This document shows, piece by piece, positions 1-6,029 of a DNA stretch of 6,058 nucleotides. The notes under the pieces were generated by a model. That model was not told the DNA's origin. It was given only the letters and a program-made list of their open reading frames with translations, and did not search any database. A program made the translations under genes and the position numbers. Within the stretch, counting starts at the first letter, position 1; every line of letters starts with the position of its first letter. The stretch is from Fonticula alba ATCC 38817 (Eukaryota > Protista > Nucleariida): the NCBI GenBank assembly GCA_000388065.2, contig KB932203.1. One strand, given 5' to 3'.

Positions 1-70
1 GGGAGAGGGACGCATGGTCATGCAGGGACATTTACTCACACGAGGACGCATGTCCACAAAAACACACGGA

Positions 71-86
71 CACACACACACACACA
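71..86. repeat. (CA)8 microsatellite
   Basis: Read directly. Confidence 0.9.
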
Positions 87-148
87 TGTACGGACACAAT
101 CACCCAACCAGCATGTGTGGCTTGCAATTGCATCGCATCCCACCGAAG

Positions 149-470
149 GCCTGGGTACGGGGTCCTGGCCGAGCTGGGGTGTGCCTTCTTCGCCCGCCCG
201 TCAGAACCCCGACGCTTCGGCGCCCGGCATACACTTCCCTGGAGCAGGCCGAGATCCACGCGCTGCGATGATGGCAAGGCGACGAGGAGCGGTTTGACCG
301 GCGACGACGAGTTCTTTTTTATCACTCACCTTTTGCGCATGCGCGTATGTAGCCCCACCTCCGCGCTCCCTTTTCCTCGCGCCCCCTCCCCAAGGAAGGG
401 CGCTTGTGAGGCTGTGCCCGCCAGCAGGAGGACACGATCCGATGGCTTCCTCGACGCGTTCTGGAAGTGA
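149..470 (+). pseudogene. Possible fragmented or degenerate coding sequence, or the 3' end of a convergent neighbour gene; unidentified
   Basis: Short runs of GC3-biased codons in different frames (GYGVLAELGCAFFARP; YTSLEQAEIHAL; GLTGDDEFFFITH; DGFLDAFWK*). TGA at 468-470 is followed by an (AC)n tract, like the kinase 3' end. No homology recognised. Confidence 0.2.
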
Positions 471-509
471 TCCATCCATCCAGAGCAGCCCTCCACTGCC
501 GGGCGCGAC

Positions 510-510
<1 letters not shown>

Positions 511-558
<48 letters not shown>

Positions 559-584
559 GCACACACTGTGTGTGCGTGTGTGTA
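511..584. repeat. Compound microsatellite (AC)17(GC)8(AC)3 followed by a (TG)n-like tract
   Basis: Read directly: 511-544 (AC)17, 545-560 (GC)8, 561-566 (AC)3, 567-584 TG-alternating. Confidence 0.95.
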
Positions 585-1432
585 GGTGGGGGGCCCTCGC
601 GCCGGCCTAGGCCCGAGTGGCACCGGCGATCGACACAAGCCGCGCACCCCCCGTTTAAACAGTACCACTGTGTCAGCACATTCCGCCAAGAAGGGCTCGT
701 TCTCTGGTAGTCAAGTTCTGGGCATGCTGCGAGGGCAGTGGGCCTCGGAGGCCGGGATCCCGGTGTCAAGAATGCGCGCCTCCGGTCCAGAGCGGTGCCG
801 GTGGCAGAACAGCCGGCCCCCGGAGGCGATCTCGCGCGGTGAGAAGGATGCCCCCCCCCCCCCCAGCCACCGTTGCCACCAAATACTGCAGGCAAGCCCA
901 CGGCGGGTGGGAACACAGAGATGGGGGTTTGAATTTGAAACACCAGGAATGCACGCGGCGTCCGCTGTTTTCCCACCCACCCAGCCCCGGCCCGTGGCCT
1001 AGCGAAAATCGCCCGGGTGGCGTGATCCGCGGTCATGTGTTGTCCCGTGAGTGGGACCGTGACCACAGGGCCCTCGAGAGCCTGTGTATGCCCACGCAAA
1101 GGCAAGCGCATCGGCGGCGCTGCGCCTGTTTGTGTCCATTGTCCGACGTGTGACCCCGGTGGTGGCGGCATTGTTCTCTGCTGTGCGGGACCTCGTCCTC
1201 TTGGTGGAATGTCTTCCGAGGGGCGGGGGGGGGGGGGGGATCTCCCTGCCCCTTTTCCAATGAAGAAGTGCCTGGGTGCAAGAGTCTGTGCGCCCTGGAA
1301 GAGGGCCCGACGTGAGGATGCTTGGGACGCGGGATGCCGCGGGTGTTTTCTTGCGCAGCCAGCGGACAAAGGGCCGGGAAGAGGGTGGCGGAAATGCTGA
1401 CCAACGACACACTCTTGAAGGGGAGATCTGAA

Positions 1433-1454
1433 TGTGTGTGTGTGTGTGTGTGTG
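1433..1454. repeat. (TG)11 microsatellite in or near the kinase 3' UTR
   Basis: Read directly, about 130 nt downstream of the kinase stop. Confidence 0.93.
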
Positions 1455-1481
1455 TAAATATATTTATGTATATGGTATGTA
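1455..1481 (-). promoter_or_regulatory. Candidate 3'-end processing element of the kinase mRNA (two TACATA plus an AT-only palindrome)
   Basis: Sense strand TACATACCATATACATAAATATATTTA, 100-125 nt after the stop and AT-rich in a GC-rich context. TAYRTA is the known yeast efficiency element. No AATAAA nearby. Confidence 0.35.
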
Positions 1482-1580
1482 TGGAGGAGGGGAGGAGAAG
1501 GTGGAGGAGAAGGGAGGGGGGGAATGGAGGAAAGGAAGGCACATGAGGAGAGGAGGAGGCGGAGGCATGCGCGCGTATGC

Positions 1581-1685
1581 TCAGAGGTTCATCTGAGCAA
1601 AGAGGCGGGCGGTCAACTTCTTCATGTGGAAGATCGAGCCACCAAGGCGTTTCCCCTTGATGCCATGGAGGTTCATGTGCTTGAC
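1581..1685 (-). CDS. Kinase exon 6 (terminal): VKHMNLHGIKGKRLGGSIFHMKKLTARLFAQMNL*
   Basis: Acceptor ttccag| at 1686 after a long pyrimidine tract. Comparable to the MARK KA1 C-terminus ([11 protein letters not shown]...FKNIASKIANELKL). TGA at 1583-1581. Confidence 0.9.
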   Translation of the reverse strand, partial: VKHMNLHGIKGKRLGGSIFHMKKLTARLFAQMNL

Positions 1686-4236
1686 CTGGAAAGGAGGAGG
1701 AGGAGGAGGAGAAGAAGAGAAAGAAGAAGGCCGAGGACAAGGGCAGAGGGTCAGAATGGGAAGTGCACACATGGACACACATGGCCACGCGCGGAGGCAC
1801 ATAGGAGGAGCAGGAAGTGGAAGGAAGGGGAGGCAGAGAGGCAAACACGCACACGGCAAACCTCCAGCTCGAACTGAAGGCGATGGTCCCCGGTGTCGCA
1901 GGCAAACACGTAGGGGCTGTCGAGGACATACTTGATGCCGTTCTCTGACAGCACCCGCGCCACTTCGGTCATGATCTCGGTGACGGTCTGCATGAGTGTG
2001 TATGTACAAGGAAAGGGGGGGGGGGGGTGAGAAGCCTGGGCAACATGCATGGACAGGGGGAGACGACAGAGGGAGAAAGCGAGGCAAAAGGCAGGAGAGG
2101 AAAAGACACTTGAGGAGGAGGGCACACGTGTGTGCCGCCCGCCCCGCACACCGGGGGCCATGTGTGGACGCACCTTCGCCGACGTCGTCGAGAGGGAGAA
2201 CCAGCCAAGGGACACGGTGCGGACCTGGTGCTGCTCGCTGTCGATCGGAACCGCGTCGCCCCCGATGTCCGGATGCCCGGGGTAGAACTGGGGCGGGGCC
2301 ATGGGGGCCGCCGAGAAGAGGGAACCCCGCCGGCGGCTGCTCCAGGTGGACTGGGGCGGGCCGGCGCCGGTGGTGGCGGTCTGCCGGGACGACGAGCAGG
2401 CAGCCACCGGGGCGGCATCGGAAGCCGGAGACCCGGGCGACCGCGAGGCCGCCACCGAGGCTGGCGGCGCCGCCCCTCCCTCGGGGACGGTGGGCATGGG
2501 AGTGGCGGCCGCCGCGCCGCGCGACGAAGAAGACCGCGAGGACCGGGGGACGAAGTTGTTTGAGGGCAGGGAGAACCGACGGGTCCAGGAGGAGCCGCTG
2601 CTGCTGCTGCTGCTGCTGCCGCTGCCGGAGGCGGCGGCGGCGGAGCCGGACGATGGAGGCTGCGGCTGGCCGGGCCCCGCGCCCGCCGGGGAGCCGTGCT
2701 GCGCGTCCTCGTCCGCCTCGCTGAGGCGCGGCGGCGCCGGCAAATGCTGCGGCGGCTGGGCAGATGACGAAGCGGCGGTCGGGCCACCATGGCCCGGGCC
2801 AAAGTGCGACCCGGCCGCCCCGGGCATGACATGGTGCGGGTGGTGGTGCGGCGCGGCGAAGGTGCCGGCCGGCGAGACTGAGGCCCCGCCAGCGCCGCCA
2901 CCGGAACCGGCCGCCGGGTGCGCATGCGGGTGGAGCAGGTGGTGCCCCGGCGGCCCGGCCGGAGCCAGGCCGGACGTGGTGGGGGTCGACATGAGCGGCT
3001 GCACGGAGTTCCTCCGGCGCCCGTGCACATCGGCCCGGTACCCCGGTGGCAGATGGCTGTGGATGGGCTGCTGTTGCTGCGATGAGGGGACCCCGATCGG
3101 GCCGCCGGCGGCCATGTGGTGTGGCCCGGCAGAGCCAAACCCTCCGCCAGCGCCATAGGGCGAATGGCCGGTCTGCATGTGATGCGGGAGGCCGGACACC
3201 GGCGAGTGTGGCGGCGCATGGTGCATGTGGTGCGTCGGCGAGGGGGAGTGGTACATGTGGGGAGGGGGGCCGCCAGGGGCCATGCCCGGGTGCGGCCCGG
3301 CCGCCCCGTGGTCCAGGCTCCGGCTGGCGGCATGGTGCGCCGGGCCCGGGCCCATCCCGGCCGTGGGTGTCGGCGACCGGCTGGGGTCGTATGGCGACCC
3401 GGCGCGCCGGGTCCCGGCCCCGACCGGCGGGACCGGTGACCGGAAGCCGGTCGGCGGCGAGGGTGACCCCCCGCCCGGGATGGGGCTCCCGTCATCGGCC
3501 GAGCGCGGGGCGGTGCCCGCCGCGGACGCCGCAGCAGCGGACGCCGCCGCCGCCGCCGCCGCCGCTGCCCCGCCGGGCGGATACATGTGCATGTTACTGA
3601 AGGCCGCCTGGAGGGCCATCTCCTCGGACCGGCGGCGCTCCTCGCGCTCGTACAGCTCCTTCACCAGGTAGTAGGCCGAGCGGACGGGATTCGGCGGCAT
3701 GTTCGGGTCGGTCAGCCGGTCGAGCAGGTTCTCCACACGGAAGCCAAAGCGCTCGATCTGCTGGACAATCTGCGGATCCACAAAGTCCGGGTCGATCGGG
3801 TCGCGCGCTGGCAGGTGGCTGTCCGGCGGGCCGTCAAACCCATCCAGCACCCACCGGTGGGCCATGATCTCGGCCATGGTGGCGCGCCTCTTCGGGTTGA
3901 CCGTGATCATGCGTCCGATGAGGTCCTTGGCTTCGGCCGACACGTGTGGCGGGATGACGAAAGACGCGTGGGCAATGCGCCGGTAGAGCTCCTTGACATC
4001 GTCATGGTCGAAGGGCAGGTGTCCGCACAGCAGGGCAAAGAGGATGACACCCAGCGACCAGACATCCACCTCGGGGCCGGTGTACCGCTTGCCGAGAATC
4101 ATCTCGGGAGCGGCGTAGAAACTATGCGTGTGGGTGGGCGGGTGGGTGGGTGGGCGGAGGGAGGGGGGCACACACAGACAGGCAGACAGAGATGGGGGGA
4201 GAGAGAGGGGGAGAGAGAGAGGGGGAGAGAGAGAGG

Positions 4237-4270
<34 letters not shown>

Positions 4271-6027
4271 CGGGGGTCGAATTAGTCATTGGTGTTCGGG
4301 ACGTGGGGAAAGGGGGGGCAGCACAAGGGGGAAAGACGCACGGCGAGCCACAGAAGGTATTCAGCAGGTCACCCGAGTCGTAGGTATTGCTGAAGCCGAA
4401 GTCGATGATCTTGATCTGCCGGCGGCTCTCGTCTAGCAGGAGATTCTCGGGCTTGAGGTCCCGGTGGATGACAAAGTTCTGGTGGCAGTAGTCTACGGCG
4501 GAGAGGATCTGCCGGAAGAAGGCCCGGGCCTCCTTCTCCGGCACGCGCCGGCGGGTGACGATGTAATCGAAGAGCTCGCCACCGGCCGCGTGCTCCATGA
4601 CAATGAGGATGGACGAGGGGGTTTCCAGGACGTCGTGCACCCGGACAATGTGCGGGTGGGTAAGCAGTCGCAGGAAGCGGACTTCCTTCTGGATACGGCG
4701 CATCTGCCGCTCGTTGGTGATGGAGTTCTTTTCGATGATCTTGACGGCAACCTGGCCAGTGGGGAGTGGGGTGAGCACACAGAGCCCATTGGCATGGCAA
4801 CCAGGGGGAGTGAGGGGGCAAGAGAAGGGAGAGGTGACACGTGTGTTGGCACACGACGTGTGTGGTTAGATATCCATACATACACAGAGAGAGAGAGAGA
4901 AAAAGAAAGAGAGACAGACAGGGGTAGGCGCGCGCGGGGGGAAGGGGACCCATGCACGGATAGCTACCCGCCAGCGCATGGGAGGGAGGGTGTGATGCGG
5001 GGGAAGGGCCGTACCTTCTCGCCGGTGAGGCGATCCGTGGCAGAGCGAACCTTGCCATAGGTGCCCTGGCCGATGACCCGGTCCAAGACATACTTGCCCA
5101 CCATGGACCCGGAGGAGTGCGAGGCGCCGCTGCGTGCACCGTTCATCGGATTCCCCGACCCGGGGACGGCAACCTACAGTAGTGGACGAGCACAGAAAGA
5201 AGGAGGGCCGGGAGGGAGATAGAGCCGGGGTCAGTCGGAAAGGCCCACACACCAGGGGAGAAGGGGAGGGGGGGGGGGGCGGGGAGGGCGCGAGGAGGAC
5301 ACGATAACAACAACATCAAGACCAAGACCAAGACCAAGCGACGCACGGAGAAACGCCGCCCGGTGCCGGGGCCGGCTCCGGGGGCCCCGGGAACCGGGGC
5401 CGGCTGGGCCGAGGTGGCGGCGGCGGCGGTGGCGGCGCCCTGCTCACCGGGCGAGGCCGATGGCATGTGCATGGCCAGCGGGAGGGAGGCGCGCCTCCCG
5501 GCGGCAATCGGCGACAGGGGGGTGCCGGTGGTGCCGGCGCCTCCAGCCGGGGCCGGGCCTGGGGTCAGGCGCTCGGACACCGGCGGCAGATCTTCGGCGT
5601 CCTCCATGGCAGCGGCCACGTCGAAGTGCGTGAGGGCGCCGCGGGAGTCCGGCCGGGCGGCGGAGTGCTTGGCCGCCGGGTCGGGCCCGGCCAGGCCGCT
5701 GGCCCCGGCCCCGGGGGGGGGCGATTCTTGGCCAGGGGCAGCCGCGGCCGCGGCCGTCTGGCATCCGGAGCCGCTGCTGCTGTTGCTGCTGCTGCTGTTG
5801 CTGCTGTTGGTGTTGCTGCTGCCGCCGCGCGGGTCGGCGCCACCGGCGGCCGTGGCCGCCCCGGGGCTGGCAACACCAGAGGAGTCATGCAAGGGGGAGC
5901 CCACGACGCCAGGCGCGGCGGCGAGGGTCTCCTGTGCGTCGGCCATCTCGGCGTTGTTGTCGGGCCGGTAGTGGGACCCAGGGCCGAGGGCGGCCGTTGC
6001 GCCGGCTGACGTGACAGGGGACATCAT
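1581..6027 (-). CDS. Spliced gene (6 coding exons, ~1145 aa): MARK/PAR-1/Kin1-like CAMKL Ser/Thr protein kinase with UBA-like and KA1 domains
   Basis: Joining the ORF pieces at GT-AG junctions gives a continuous kinase: GQGTYGKV, VAVK, alphaC Glu (QKEVRFL), HRDLKPEN, DFG, NTFCGSP/FYAAPE, DVWSLGVILF. A C-terminal KA1 domain ends ...KRLGGSIFHMKKLTARLFAQMNL*. Exon lengths 681+159+410+1948+135+105=3438 nt with consistent phases. Family is clear but the exact orthologue is not, so no symbol is given. Confidence 0.93.
1686..1852 (-). other. Intron 5 (167 nt, GTGCGT...CAG); candidate branch point TTCTGAC with A at 1751
   Basis: Removing it restores EVCR|VKHMNL. A 43-nt pyrimidine tract including (TCC)6 precedes the acceptor. 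Confidence 0.88.
1853..1987 (-). CDS. Kinase exon 5: KA1 core (TVTEIMTEVARVLSENGIKY...QFELEVCR)
   Basis: Acceptor atgcag| at 1988, donor |gtgcgt at 1852, 135 nt, phase 0-0. Resembles the MARK KA1 helix and the 'QWEMEVC' strand. Confidence 0.88.
1988..2173 (-). other. Intron 4 (186 nt, GTGCGT...CAG)
   Basis: Removing it restores KA1 continuity (TTSAK|TVTEI). Pyrimidine-rich with a C13 run. Confidence 0.87.
2174..4121 (-). CDS. Kinase exon 4: kinase C-lobe, UBA-like domain, long disordered linker, start of KA1
   Basis: Acceptor gcatag| at 4122 restores GSP-FYAAPE. Open for 1948 nt to ...WFSLSTTSAK, then donor gtgcgt at 2173. Confidence 0.92.
2597..2617 (-). repeat. Coding (AGC)7 repeat, Ser7 tract
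   Basis: Plus strand (GCT)7; protein SGSGSSSSSSSGSSW. Confidence 0.9.
3542..3565 (-). repeat. Coding (GCG)8 repeat, part of an Ala9 tract
   Basis: Plus strand (CGC)8; protein GGAAAAAAAAASAAAASAAG. Confidence 0.9.
3662..3778 (-). other. UBA-like domain following the kinase domain
   Basis: DPQIVQQIERFGF...NPVRSAYYLV follows the MARK-family UBA pattern (xGF/Y loop, terminal 'AxYxLL'-like helix) at the expected position. Confidence 0.7.
4122..4341 (-). other. Intron 3 (220 nt, GTGCGT...TAG) in the activation/P+1 loop
   Basis: Interrupts GSP|FYAAPE. Branch-like TGACTAAT at 4288-4281, then a 77-nt pure pyrimidine tract. Confidence 0.94.
4194..4270. repeat. 77-nt pure purine (GA)n/G-run tract in intron 3
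   Basis: Only G and A on the plus strand from 4194 to 4270, with repeated gagagagaggggg units followed by a long (GA)n. Confidence 0.95.
4342..4751 (-). CDS. Kinase exon 3: subdomains II-VIII (VAVK...HRDLKPEN...DFG...NTFCGSP)
   Basis: Acceptor ggccag| at 4752, donor |gtgcgt at 4341. 410 nt, ending phase 2 within the Pro codon (CC|T). Confidence 0.95.
4752..5014 (-). other. Intron 2 (263 nt, GTACGG...CAG)
   Basis: Interrupts GEK|VAVK. Contains a (TC)n tract. Candidate branch points ATCTAAC (A at 4866) or TGCTCAC (A at 4772). Confidence 0.92.
5015..5173 (-). CDS. Kinase exon 2: VAVPGSGNPM...KYVLDRVIGQGTYGKVRSATDRLTGEK (subdomain I, Gly-rich loop)
   Basis: Acceptor ctgtag| at 5174, donor |gtacgg at 5014, 159 nt, phase 0-0. 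Joins GEK to VAVK of the next exon exactly as expected for kinase subdomains I-II. Confidence 0.92.
5174..5346 (-). other. Intron 1 (173 nt, GTGCGT...TAG); candidate branch point GACTGAC with A at 5231
   Basis: Pyrimidine-rich sense strand with a C12 run and (CTTGGT)3. No internal AG. Confidence 0.8.
5347..6027 (-). CDS. Kinase coding exon 1 (in window): low-complexity Ala/Gly/Pro/Ser-rich N-terminal extension, 227 codons
   Basis: ATGATG at 6027. Open frame to ...GRRFS, followed by donor GTGCGT at 5346. Phase 0 matches the next exon. The start codon is uncertain because an acceptor-like site lies just upstream. Confidence 0.72.
5773..5820 (-). repeat. Coding imperfect (AGC/AAC)n repeat, Ser/Asn tract
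   Basis: Protein SSNTNSSNSSSSNSSS in the N-terminal extension. Confidence 0.85.
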
Positions 6028-6029
6028 TC

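Larger units (their letters stand above)
1584..2224 (-). other. KA1 (kinase-associated 1) domain split by introns 4 and 5
   Basis: Spliced sequence VRTVSLGWFSLSTTSAK-TVTEIMTEVARVLSENGI...FELEVCR-VKHMNLHGIKGKRLGG...MNL resembles MARK KA1 (RFTWSMKTTSS...EIRKVL...[21 protein letters not shown]). Confidence 0.88.
3848..5092 (-). other. Protein kinase catalytic domain (spans introns 2 and 3), predicted active; activation-loop Thr at 4358-4356
   Basis: All canonical catalytic motifs are present. LLNTFCGSP matches the AMPK-related T-loop (LxTxCGSP), which LKB1-type kinases phosphorylate in characterised family members. Confidence 0.93.

Noticed and set aside
324-340. Minus-strand ATGCGCAAAAG|GTGAGT resembling a micro first exon with a strong donor
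   Set aside because: I could find no convincing downstream acceptor or coding exon within the window. A second GTGAGT at 39-34 shows the hexamer occurs casually. Not excluded, but unsupported.
262-352. In-frame TGA in ...EIHALR*WQGDEERFDRRRR as possible selenocysteine or readthrough
   Set aside because: No redox motif context (CxxU/UxxC), no recognisable SECIS geometry nearby, and the frame is not shown to be coding.
498-507. GCCGGGCGCG resembling the 5' end of SRP RNA/Alu
   Set aside because: Only a 10-nt GC-rich match that runs straight into a microsatellite, with no SRP helix 6/8 motifs downstream.
851-1239. C14 run (851-864) and G15 run (1225-1239) as terminal inverted repeats of a MITE
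   Set aside because: Complementarity is limited to the homopolymers, the flanks do not match, no target-site duplication is visible, and similar G/C runs occur in introns 1 and 4.
326-1412. Long ORFs in the intergenic region (326-1369 minus 347 aa, 586-1002 plus, 999-1412 minus, 1035-1400 plus)
   Set aside because: They cross homopolymers and microsatellites (PPPP, CVCVCV), lack codon bias and recognisable motifs, and ORFs this long are expected by chance at this GC content.
1969-3495. 508-aa alternative-frame ORF on the minus strand, plus overlapping plus-strand ORFs (1996-2724, 2301-3158, 3046-3600)
   Set aside because: Arg/Pro/Gly/Ala-rich translations typical of off-frame reading in very GC-rich coding DNA. 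No domain signal.
2123-4846. CACGTG-containing palindromes in intron 4 (CACACGTGTG, 2123-2132) and intron 2 (ACACGTGT, 4837-4844) as E-box enhancers
   Set aside because: Readily generated by the abundant CA/TG alternating sequence in this DNA. No independent support.
3587-5060. Plus-strand ORFs 3587-4285 (232 aa) and 4464-5060 (198 aa)
   Set aside because: Antisense shadows of the kinase exons. Strong GC3 codon bias removes stops on the opposite strand, both run into intronic microsatellites (ERERER), and neither resembles a known protein.
5143-5346. Hydrophobic 'LVLVLVLMLLLS' stretch in ORF 5143-6027 that looks like a transmembrane or signal segment
   Set aside because: It is read-through into intron 1 ((CTTGGT)3 and GTT repeats) after the GTGCGT donor, not part of the spliced protein.
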